Shown here: piece after piece, positions 1-8,400 of the stretch
Layout of the letters: each line of letters starts with the position of its first letter
Numbering within the stretch: the first letter of the stretch is position 1
DNA from: an uncultured Prolixibacteraceae bacterium
GTDB taxonomy: Bacteria; Bacteroidota; Bacteroidia; Bacteroidales; FEN-979
Direction of reading: 5' to 3'
Assembly (NCBI GenBank): GCA_964449285.1
Contig: CAYUZX010000012.1
Span: forward strand, 150 to 64,149
Length of the DNA stretch: 64,000 bases
Translations under genes and position numbers: made by a program
The notes under the pieces: generated by a model
Databases searched by the model: none
The model's input: the letters and a program-made list of their open reading frames with translations, nothing else
What the model was told of the DNA's origin: nothing

Positions 1-596
1 AAGCTTTCTGGAATTTTATTATCTAATAACGCTTTTTTTACTTCTAAGATTCTAATCGAATCACATTGACCAGATGCGTAGGTAGCCAAACCCTCCACAA
101 ACCAATCAATTCTATCAACATCACTAAAATCAGGGCTTTTATTTTGTTGTCCATGAAAAACGTGGATTAGTTCGTGTGTGATTAGATTTTGAGTTTTAAT
201 TGTGTTTGAATAGGTGTGTTCACAAGCTAAGCTGTCCCACTTTTTTGGTGAGATTATATCAAGTTTGTCAGCAATACCACTTGCAACCATCCAGCATTGT
301 GATTTAAATTCAGGCATATTCCAGTCTTTTTGCCAAGAGCTATCTAATGAAGCACGAGTTGGATGAATATAAATATTAAATTCACTGCTATAGGAGTTTT
401 TTAAAAAGTCTGTTACTGACTTTTTCCCATTTTCAAAATAGACTTTATATTCAAGTATATCTTTTTTGTCCTTGGAATCGTAAAAAATCGTGTACCCATT
501 TTGTTTTTCACTTATCCATTTTTCTCCAACAATAGTTAAGCTAGAAAAGATTGGAACGATTAATATAATTAGTAATAATAATGATTGTTTTTTCAT
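1..596 (-). CDS. secreted HExxH metallopeptidase-like protein (Peptidase_MA-like); C-terminus runs off the window start
   Basis: My own minus-strand translation from the ATG at 596-594 gives MKKQSLLLLIILIVPIFSS (signal-like), then NLITHELIHVFHGQQ and WFVEGLATYASGQ. This is an HExxH motif plus a downstream Glu. The frame stays open to position 1. It is absent from the ORF track because it is edge-truncated. Confidence 0.55.
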   Translation of the reverse strand, partial: MKKQSLLLLIILIVPIFSSLTIVGEKWISEKQNGYTIFYDSKDKKDILEYKVYFENGKKSVTDFLKNSYSSEFNIYIHPTRASLDSSWQKDWNMPEFKSQCWMVASGIADKLDIISPKKWDSLACEHTYSNTIKTQNLITHELIHVFHGQQNKSPDFSDVDRIDWFVEGLATYASGQCDSIRILEVKKALLDNKIPES

Positions 597-660
597 ATTT
601 CCCTTTTTGCTCATATGACGTTACTCAAATTAATTTGGCTACACTTTCTGGTCGCTTGCC

Positions 661-754
661 GCTAACGTTCTGCAGCTAAGGCCAGTGCGGTTTTATCTGG
701 GATCGTACCAGCGATCCCGCCAATGCCCCGCATTGGCTTTAGGTGCCTGTTAGC
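661..754. other. attC-like or otherwise structured inverted-repeat element
   Basis: The outer arms are GCTAAC (661-666) and GTTAGC (749-754), with CTAAGGCC and GGCTTTAG pairing inside them. Two perfect 7-bp internal hairpins follow: GGGATCG/CGATCCC (699-718) and GCCAATG/CATTGGC (719-737). Confidence 0.3.
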
Positions 755-1255
755 AGGAGGCCGGTGATTTTTTGTTTAGTAGCACGGTTCTGTTTCTGGC
801 AATTTGTTCTTGAATAACATTCATTTCTCTATTTGTTCTAAAAGTCAAGCACGGCCAAAGGGTTTCTCATCAAACTGGTAAATCATTAAGCAGCATACTC
901 AATCTTCTCCTTATCCAACAAATTGCCTCAACAGCGCTCGGAAAGTTTAGGAGCGTGATCTTTAAAGTTATTTGATCCCACCTCCCTTTCAATTTCTCAC
1001 TATATATAAAGAACGACCATATAAATATACATAATTCCGGCTTTCTGCTAACTTGTCGGTAGCTTTATAATTGATGATACTTGGGCCTTAGTTCAATTTC
1101 TTTGTATGCCTTCTGATGACTTTATCTCTGAAATTTGAGAGATAGATCCAGTGGGATGGTTTGCTGCCATCATTTTGTGCTGATGCGACTAAATCATTCA
1201 TATCAGAACCCATACTCATCTTCTTGAAACAAATGTAATGTGTTCTTTTGACATA

Positions 1256-1495
1256 TCAAAATAATATAAATCTAATCGATGTTTCCAATTTGCCCATTGG
1301 ATGCACTAACTGCTTGAATCCTTTGGTGGTGATATGAGTATAAATCTCTGTGGTCTTACTGCTCTCATGACCCAGCAGCGCCTGGATGTACCGCAAATCT
1401 GTCCCGTTCTCTAATAAATGTGTCCCAAAACAATGACGTAATCTGTGAACCGTAACGGTCCTTACGACCTTTGATTGTCGTATAAAAACCTGCAT
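1256..1495 (-). pseudogene. tyrosine recombinase/integrase, C-terminal catalytic fragment only
   Basis: The 79-aa ORF contains [38 protein letters not shown], which is the HxxR ... GH ... Y catalytic box. The N-terminal roughly 200-300 aa of a normal integrase are absent, and the zupT stop lies about 50 nt away. Confidence 0.8.
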
Positions 1496-1548
1496 CCTTT
1501 TACTCTCAATGTCCTTGATCCTTAAACCCCAATGTTTTATTCAACGTT

Positions 1549-2364
1549 TTATCCAAGAGAAACATCAAGTAGCATCATAGTGGCAAAACCTAACATGGCT
1601 CCTATGGTTGATAAATCTGATTCATTCCCCGTTTGCGATTCTGGTATTAATTCTTCAATCACCACAAAAATCATTGCCCCTGCAGCAAATGATAAAGCAT
1701 AAGGAAGCAACGGGGTTATTGCTAATACCAGGTATGCGCCAATTACGCCCGCAATTGGTTCAACGATACCCGATAACTGGCCATAGTTAAAAGCTTTTAA
1801 CCGTGAGAAACCTTCACGTCTTAATGGGATTGATACTGCAGCGCCCTCTGGAAAATTTTGCAAACCAATCCCGATGGCTAAGGCAACTGCTCCTGCAAGC
1901 ATACCCATATCAGGATTGTTTGCCAGTGCACCAAAAGCGACACCTACCGCAAGACCTTCAGGGATATTGTGCAGCGTTATTGCAAGAACAAGAAGCACGC
2001 TTCGTTGCCACGAAGTCTTAATACCTTCGGCTTTATCAGTTGACAGCCCCATATGCAGGTGAGGTAAAATCTTATCAATGAGCAATAAAAAAGCGCCACC
2101 AGCTAAAAATCCAACCAAGGCAGGAACCCACGGAACAGACCCACTATCCTCAGCCATTTCAATTGCAGGTTTAAGAAGCGACCAAAAACTAGCAGCAATC
2201 ATTACTCCTGCAGCAAAGCCAAGCATTGAATTTAAAACCTTTTTATTGATTGTTTTAAAGAAAAAAACCATAGATGAACCTAAAGCCGTAACACCCCATG
2301 TGAACAAGGTTGCAAAAAGGGCTAATAGAACTGGTTCATATTCAAATAAAATATCCAACTTCAT
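1549..2364 (-). CDS. zupT: ZIP-family divalent metal (zinc) transporter
   Basis: A 271-aa polytopic protein with the HNIPEGLAVG and QNFPEGAAVS motifs typical of ZupT/GufA ZIP transporters. Confidence 0.85.
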   Translation of the reverse strand: MKLDILFEYEPVLLALFATLFTWGVTALGSSMVFFFKTINKKVLNSMLGFAAGVMIAASFWSLLKPAIEMAEDSGSVPWVPALVGFLAGGAFLLLIDKILPHLHMGLSTDKAEGIKTSWQRSVLLVLAITLHNIPEGLAVGVAFGALANNPDMGMLAGAVALAIGIGLQNFPEGAAVSIPLRREGFSRLKAFNYGQLSGIVEPIAGVIGAYLVLAITPLLPYALSFAAGAMIFVVIEELIPESQTGNESDLSTIGAMLGFATMMLLDVSLG

Positions 2365-2478
2365 TTTTTGACGTGTTAAATTTTGTTTTCTATCTTTATT
2401 CCAATGTAAGTATCATAAATATCCCTAACGATCCTACAGGATAAAAATAGGCATAAAAGTCCAATTTTAAACTTGTAG

Positions 2479-2612
2479 TTTGAAAAAGACACTATTTGCG
2501 GAGAGCAGGTCATCCATGCCTTGAAGGAGCATGAAACTGTTAGTCATGTTCTGGATATTTGCCGGGAACGAAAGCCCGGAATGATCTATCCTTCCCTTTT
2601 CCAGTTTCATCG
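2479..2612 (+). pseudogene. relic of an IS3-family orfA (HTH transposase) gene
   Basis: A frame with no start codon translates to FEKDTICGEQVIHALKEHETVSHVLDICRERKPGMIYPSLFQF. It resembles the conserved IS3 OrfA N-terminus (F..EQ.I..LK..E.G..V.DLCRE.GIS..TFY.W), then the similarity decays. Confidence 0.35.
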
Positions 2613-2675
2613 CCCCTTTTCCGTCATTCACCGGATTTTATTTTTAGTATTCAATGGACTGAAATAGTTTTGCGT

Positions 2676-2709
2676 CCCAACCCGTAAATCCCCTTTAGGG
2701 GGTTTGGGG
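2676..2709. repeat. hairpin word-repeat sharing TAAATCCCCT with the 52027-52056 element
   Basis: The sequence is CCCAACCCGTAAATCCCCTTTAGGGGGTTTGGGG, an imperfect palindrome just upstream of the efflux operon. Confidence 0.5.
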
Positions 2710-2743
2710 CAAAAAAGATTTACGAATGATAATGACCAACAAA

Positions 2744-4084
2744 ATGAAATTCACCAAAATCCTTTTCCTTCTGGCAACTAGCCTGCTGCCCTCCTTCAGC
2801 TTCTCCCAGGCGCCCCCTCCCCAGGTTATTTCCATGGAGGAGTGCCTGAACCTGGCGGTGCAAAACAGCGTAAGGTTGCAGATCTCAGCCCTGGAACAAC
2901 AACGGCTGAGATACCAGTACCGCGAAACTATCGGACAGGGATTGCCCAACATCAACTTCAACGGAGCGTTCGACGACTACCTTGCCCTCCCTACCCAGTT
3001 GATCCCCGGTGAATTTTTCGGACAACCCGGCGAACTGATCCCTGTCCAGTTTGGGACCAGTTTTAACTTATCGGGATCCCTCGACGCCAGCCAGATCATC
3101 TACAACCAAACTTACCTGGTGGCGCTGAAGATCTCAAAACGGCTGCTGGAACAAAATACCCTGGAGAGTGAACGGATCGAAACCGATCTGGTAGCCGAAG
3201 TGGCAAAAGGGTTTTACCTGGCCCAAATCACAAAGAAACAGATCCAGAACCTGCGGTTTAATCTCGACAACCTGGATTCACTTTACAATATCGCGAAAAG
3301 CCAGTATGAATTCGGACTCATCACCGGGGTGGATGTGGACAGGATTAACGTAAACCGGCTGAACCTCCAAAGCTCTATCGACAACCTGGAAACCCTCTAC
3401 CAACAACAGCTCAGTATGCAGAAATACTTCATGGGGATCCCGGAAGAGCAGGAGATCGCTTTTCCCGATACGCTCGACATGCGGACGGTCACCTTGGATA
3501 CCTCAGGGAACCTGAACGACCATATCGACATCCGGATGATTGAAAAACAGAAGGAGATCGTGGAGACCAACCTGAAACTCGACCGCTCCTTCTATTACCC
3601 CTCACTCACCTTTATCGGAAGCGTCAACTACCTGAACCAGAGTAACACCTATTACCTCTTCGGCAATCCGACCGATTGGTTCAACACCAGCCTGATCGGT
3701 TTCCGGCTCAATGTTCCGGTATTCAACGGATTACAGAAACGGTCGAAGGTCAGCCAGACCAAAGTGCAACTTCAGCAGGTGAAGATCACCGAAAACGACA
3801 CCCGCAGGGTCCTCAGCATCCAGGCCAAGGATGCCGCACGGAAGCTGGATAATAGCATCACGACAGAATTACGCCAGCGGGAAAACGAAAAGCTGGCCGA
3901 ACGGGTCTATGCCGTCTCACAGGACCGGTACCAGAAAGGGATGATCCCGCTGACCGATATGCTCAATGCCGAAACCGCCCTCAGCGATGCGCAGCTGGGA
4001 CACATCAACGCCCTGGTGCAGATGAAGATCGCCGAGATTGACTACCTGAAGGCAAAAGGAACCCTGTTGGAGGTAGTGAAGTAG
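2744..4084 (+). CDS. TolC-family outer-membrane efflux protein
   Basis: The signal peptide is MKFTKILFLLATSLLPSFSFSQ. I moved the start to the internal ATG at 2744. The protein has an OEP-like two-repeat architecture and is the first gene of an OMP-MFP-RND operon. Confidence 0.85.
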   Translation: MKFTKILFLLATSLLPSFSFSQAPPPQVISMEECLNLAVQNSVRLQISALEQQRLRYQYRETIGQGLPNINFNGAFDDYLALPTQLIPGEFFGQPGELIPVQFGTSFNLSGSLDASQIIYNQTYLVALKISKRLLEQNTLESERIETDLVAEVAKGFYLAQITKKQIQNLRFNLDNLDSLYNIAKSQYEFGLITGVDVDRINVNRLNLQSSIDNLETLYQQQLSMQKYFMGIPEEQEIAFPDTLDMRTVTLDTSGNLNDHIDIRMIEKQKEIVETNLKLDRSFYYPSLTFIGSVNYLNQSNTYYLFGNPTDWFNTSLIGFRLNVPVFNGLQKRSKVSQTKVQLQQVKITENDTRRVLSIQAKDAARKLDNSITTELRQRENEKLAERVYAVSQDRYQKGMIPLTDMLNAETALSDAQLGHINALVQMKIAEIDYLKAKGTLLEVVK

Positions 4085-4117
4085 GTAGGAGGGTAAGAGG
4101 GTATGAGAGTGTGAATG
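4073..4117 (+). repeat. purine-rich period-8 imperfect tandem repeat spanning the stop codon
   Basis: The units are GTAGTGAA GTAGGTAG GAGGGTAA GAGGGTAT GAGAGTGT GAATG. The TAG stop (4082-4084) lies inside the second unit. Confidence 0.7.
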
Positions 4118-4130
4118 TTATATAAAAAAA

Positions 4131-4157
4131 TCTGTGGAATCTGTGGAATCTGCGGTG
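4131..4157 (+). repeat. 9-nt tandem repeat, 3 copies
   Basis: The units are TCTGTGGAA TCTGTGGAA TCTGCGGTG, in the intergenic region. Confidence 0.8.
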
Positions 4158-4207
4158 AAAATAAGAGTCAAACAAAATAAAATCGTGTTACCTACAAAAT
4201 AACTGCA

Positions 4208-5272
4208 ATGAAACGACTGATCATTATCTCAACGATTATCCTGGTACTGGTAGGAGCCTGCACGGTAACCCTGCTGTACAACAAAAAGCAGATTGACGAA
4301 AAAGCCAACCCGGATGTAGCCATTAAAAGCATCCCGGTCTTCGTGGAAGAGGCCGTGATGAAGCCGCTGAACGGCGATTTCTCCTACCAGGGAAGTTTTC
4401 AGCCGGTCCATGAGTTGCTGCTCCTTTCCGAAGGACAGGGGAAGGTGGAAAAGATCCTCTTTGAAACCGGGGATGAGGTGCAGGCCGGGCAGCTGCTGGC
4501 TTTGTTAGACGATGACCTGATTCGCAGTCAGCTCACCCTCGCGGAAGCCAACCTGGAGAAGATAGAGCGGGATATAGCGAAATACGAGGCCCTGCTGAAA
4601 AATGACGCCATCTCCTCGCAACAGGTTGAGGAAGCCCGCCTGGGCTTGATCAAGGCACAAACCGATGTGGTATCCCTCAAAAAGCAGCTTGATTATGCCT
4701 CCATCAAGGCACCGATCAACGGGACCATCACCAGTCGCTCGATTGAGATCGGCTCGGTGCTGATGCCGGGATCGCCGGTAACCAATATCGTCGACATCAG
4801 TCGGCTTCGGTTCATTGCCTTCATGTCGGAAGGGGAGGCCATCTATATCCATCGGGGAAGCAAGGTGGCGATCACCTCCACGCTCTTCCCGGGAATTACC
4901 TACCAGGGGCGGGTGATATCGGTTGGGGTACAAGCCGACGGCGCCAAACGGTTTCCGGTAGAGATCGATGTAGAGAATCGTCGCGATCATACCCTCAAGG
5001 CGGGGATGTTCGGCACGGCATTCTTTGAAGGAGTCAATGGGCACAGTGCCCTGGTCATCCCGCGAAATGCCCTCACCGGCAGTATCAAGGAACCAAAAGT
5101 CTTTGTAATACAGGGAGATACAGCCTATCTGAGGACGATCAGCCTGGGACAGGCCGACGACAACCTGGTGGAGGTTCTTCACGGAATGAACTCCGGTGAA
5201 AAGGTGGTTGTGTCGGGGCAGATAAATCTGGAAAACAGATCCGTCGTGACTGTGGTTAATCATTCGAAATAG
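4208..5272 (+). CDS. RND efflux periplasmic adaptor (membrane fusion protein)
   Basis: It has an N-terminal membrane anchor, a coiled-coil hairpin (LTLAEANLEKIERDIAKYEALL) and beta-barrel segments. It sits between the OMP and the RND pump. Confidence 0.9.
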   Translation: MKRLIIISTIILVLVGACTVTLLYNKKQIDEKANPDVAIKSIPVFVEEAVMKPLNGDFSYQGSFQPVHELLLLSEGQGKVEKILFETGDEVQAGQLLALLDDDLIRSQLTLAEANLEKIERDIAKYEALLKNDAISSQQVEEARLGLIKAQTDVVSLKKQLDYASIKAPINGTITSRSIEIGSVLMPGSPVTNIVDISRLRFIAFMSEGEAIYIHRGSKVAITSTLFPGITYQGRVISVGVQADGAKRFPVEIDVENRRDHTLKAGMFGTAFFEGVNGHSALVIPRNALTGSIKEPKVFVIQGDTAYLRTISLGQADDNLVEVLHGMNSGEKVVVSGQINLENRSVVTVVNHSK

Positions 5273-5280
5273 CTATTGCC

Positions 5281-8200
5281 ATGAACATTACACAACTCTC
5301 TATCAAACGGCCCACGTTGGTCGTTGTGGTCTTCGCAGTACTTACTTTTCTGGGACTAATCAGCTATTTCCAGCTCAACTACGAGCTGCTGCCTAACTTC
5401 TCCCAACCGGTATTGGTTGTGGTCACCCCATACCCGGGCGCCTCTCCGGCGGAAGTGGAAAATTCGGTAACAAAAAAAATTGAGGATGCGGTGAGCAGCC
5501 TGGAAGACATCGACAACATCCAGAGCACTTCCTACGAAGGGAACTCTGTGGTTGTGATCATCTTCAAGAGTTCGGCCGACATGGAAAAGGCGACGGACAA
5601 TGCCACCATGAAGGTCAGGAACATCGAATACCTTCTTCCCAGGGATGCCAGAACACCCCTCATCACCAATTTCAGCATGAGTGATATCCCGATCATCCGG
5701 CTTGGGGTGACCGCCAACCTGCCGGCTACAGAACTCTATGACCTGGTAAAGAACAAGGTGAAGCCCATGGTCAGTACGATCAATGGCATATCACAGGTCG
5801 ACATGTTGGGAGGCGAGGAGCGGGAGGTGCGCATCAACATAGACAACGAGAAGCTGAAAGCCCACCGCCTCTCCATCCTGCAGGTGACCGAAGCGATCCG
5901 TATGGCCAATATGGAATTCCCTACAGGCAAGATCAAGGATCCGTCGCGGCAGGTGATCATCCGGTTGGCAGGAAAATTTTCCTCCCTGGAAGATCTCCGC
6001 AACCTGGTGATCTATACCACCCATGAAGGCAGTCCGGTAAAGCTGGAGGATGTAGCCGAAGTGGAGGATACCAAGAAAGAGACCACTAGCATCAGTCGCA
6101 TCGACGGCATCAATTCGGTGGGATTGCTGATTTTCAAGCAGCCCGACGGCAACGAGGTGGAGATCTCCCGCAAGGTGAAGGAGACAATGGTGATAATGGA
6201 AGATATCTATGCTGCAGAAGGGCTCGAGTTCTCCGTAGCCAACGACTCCTCTGAATTTACCCTCACTTCGGCCAACCATGTGATGCGCGACCTCCTGCTG
6301 GCCATCATGCTGGTAGCGATGGTGATGCTGGTGTTCCTGCACAGCCTTCGGAACTCCTTCATCGTGCTGGTGGCTATCCCGGCTTCGTTGATCTCGGTAT
6401 TCACAGCCATGTACCTATTCAATTTCTCACTCAACATCATCTCGATGGTGGCCATCGCCCTGGTTATCGGGATCCTGGTAGACGATTCGATCGTGGTACT
6501 GGAGAACATCTACCGGCATCTGGAGATGGGAAAGGACCGAAGGCAGGCAGCGCTGGAAGGGCGGAACGAGATTTCCTATACCGCCCTCTCCATCACCATG
6601 GTCGACGTGGTAGTATTCCTTCCGATCGCGGTAATCACCAGTATGATCTCGGGTATGCTCCGGCAGTTTGCCCTGGTGGTGGTGTTCGCGACCCTGATGA
6701 GTCTGTTTGTATCCTTCACTGTCACCCCATTGCTTGCCTCCCGGATTGCCAAACTTGAACGGTTCCGCAAAGGGGGACTGCTGGAGCGTTTTATCCAGGC
6801 GTTCGAACGCGGACTGAAGAGCTTTACGATGGGATATTCTGAGGTGATTGCCTGGTCGTTGCGCCACAAAGCCATCGTCCTGATTGGGGCCACGGCGCTC
6901 TTCATTGCTTCCGTATCCCTGGTTGTTGGCGGGTTTATAGGAAGCGAGTTCGTTAGCATGGGCGACCGCGGGGAGGTGATCATCCAGATGGAGCTGCCCA
7001 AGAGTGCTACCATCGAACAAACCAACCAGCTGACCCTGGATGCGGAAAACTTCGTGATGAGCCAGCCCGAAGTGACCAGCATCTTCACCACCGTAGGTTC
7101 CTCCACCAGTTTCTTCGGCGGTGGGTTGACGGCCTACATGTCAGAAATGCACATCAAGATGGTGGAGAAAGAGAAACGGAACATCACCTCCGAGCATTTT
7201 GCCCTGCAGATGAAAAAGGACCTGATGAACCGTATTCCGGGGATCAAGGTGCGGTCAACCATCGTATCGATGATGGGGACTTCCGATATGGATCCCATCA
7301 TGGTGGTGCTGAGCGGTCCCAATCCGGATGTGCTGAATCACTGGGCCGACGAGGTGATGAACGAGATGCGGAAGGTCCCCGGAGCCTATGAAGTGAAACT
7401 TTCTGTGGAACCCGGTAATCCCGAGGTGGAAGTCGTGCTGGACAAGGAGAAGATGGCGGAACTAGGATTGTCGACGGCGATGGTAGGGATGACCCTGCAG
7501 AATGCATTCTCGGGCAACACCGATGCTAAATTCAGGGATGGCGACAACGAATACGACATCAACGTGGTACTGGACCAGTTCAACCGGAAAAGCATCCAGG
7601 ACATCGCTTCCCTCTCCTTTATCAACGCCCTTGGACAGGAGATCCGGCTGAGCCAGTTTGCCACCCTGAAGCCGTCGGGAGGCACCAATGTGCTGCAGCG
7701 TTACAACCGCGTGTCGTCGGTTACGGTGCAGTGCCAGGTGATCGGTCGTCCGGTCGGATCGGTCGGCGAGGATGTCATGAAGCGTGTCAATGCCATGGAA
7801 TTACCCAGTGAGGTGATCGTCATCCCCGAAGGGGATATGAAATACCAGACCGAGGCCTTCGGCAGCATGGGACTGGCATTCCTGGCTTCGATCCTCTTCG
7901 TCTACCTGATCATGGTGGCGCTGTATGACTCCTACGTGGATCCATTCGTGGTCCTCTTCTCCATCCCGCTTGCCATCATCGGGGCCCTGCTGGCGCTGGC
8001 GCTTACCATGCAATCACTAACCATCTTCTCTATTTTGGGGATGATCATGCTGGTGGGGCTCGTCGGGAAGAATGCCATTTTGCTGGTCGATTTCACCAAC
8101 CAGTTGAAGCGTGAAGGGCATTCAACCTACGATGCCCTCATTGAAGCCGGAAAGGTAAGGATGCGTCCCATCCTGATGACCACCCTTTCGATGATCTTTG

Positions 8201-8400
8201 GGATGCTACCCATTGCACTGGCTGCAGGAGCCGGATCGGAATGGAAGAACGGCATGGCCTGGGCGCTGATCGGTGGACTCACCAGCTCGATGTTTCTGAC
8301 CCTCCTTGTCGTTCCGGTGGTTTATCTTATTTTTGATAAGATCAAAGAACGTGTAAGACGGAAAAAAAGATTGAATATGATTTTGGTTGAAGCAGAATGA
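5281..8400 (+). CDS. RND (AcrB/HAE1-type) efflux permease
   Basis: A 1039-aa protein with two large periplasmic loops and a 12-TM layout. The AcrB-family N-terminus reads MNITQLSIKRPTLVVVVF. Confidence 0.95.
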   Translation: MNITQLSIKRPTLVVVVFAVLTFLGLISYFQLNYELLPNFSQPVLVVVTPYPGASPAEVENSVTKKIEDAVSSLEDIDNIQSTSYEGNSVVVIIFKSSADMEKATDNATMKVRNIEYLLPRDARTPLITNFSMSDIPIIRLGVTANLPATELYDLVKNKVKPMVSTINGISQVDMLGGEEREVRINIDNEKLKAHRLSILQVTEAIRMANMEFPTGKIKDPSRQVIIRLAGKFSSLEDLRNLVIYTTHEGSPVKLEDVAEVEDTKKETTSISRIDGINSVGLLIFKQPDGNEVEISRKVKETMVIMEDIYAAEGLEFSVANDSSEFTLTSANHVMRDLLLAIMLVAMVMLVFLHSLRNSFIVLVAIPASLISVFTAMYLFNFSLNIISMVAIALVIGILVDDSIVVLENIYRHLEMGKDRRQAALEGRNEISYTALSITMVDVVVFLPIAVITSMISGMLRQFALVVVFATLMSLFVSFTVTPLLASRIAKLERFRKGGLLERFIQAFERGLKSFTMGYSEVIAWSLRHKAIVLIGATALFIASVSLVVGGFIGSEFVSMGDRGEVIIQMELPKSATIEQTNQLTLDAENFVMSQPEVTSIFTTVGSSTSFFGGGLTAYMSEMHIKMVEKEKRNITSEHFALQMKKDLMNRIPGIKVRSTIVSMMGTSDMDPIMVVLSGPNPDVLNHWADEVMNEMRKVPGAYEVKLSVEPGNPEVEVVLDKEKMAELGLSTAMVGMTLQNAFSGNTDAKFRDGDNEYDINVVLDQFNRKSIQDIASLSFINALGQEIRLSQFATLKPSGGTNVLQRYNRVSSVTVQCQVIGRPVGSVGEDVMKRVNAMELPSEVIVIPEGDMKYQTEAFGSMGLAFLASILFVYLIMVALYDSYVDPFVVLFSIPLAIIGALLALALTMQSLTIFSILGMIMLVGLVGKNAILLVDFTNQLKREGHSTYDALIEAGKVRMRPILMTTLSMIFGMLPIALAAGAGSEWKNGMAWALIGGLTSSMFLTLLVVPVVYLIFDKIKERVRRKKRLNMILVEAE

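Noticed and set aside
4131-4157. I asked whether the short tandem repeats here and at 22069, 23045, 30973 and 43031 could be CRISPR arrays.
   Set aside because: The units are only 7-9 nt long and directly abutting, with no spacers. No cas genes are present. None of these tracts is a CRISPR array.
5532-8013. A series of minus-strand ORFs (61-197 aa) lies inside the RND permease gene.
   Set aside because: All are nested antisense to a 1039-aa ORF with a clear AcrB-like sequence. Their translations are low-complexity or Arg/His/Pro-rich, as expected for shadow ORFs.
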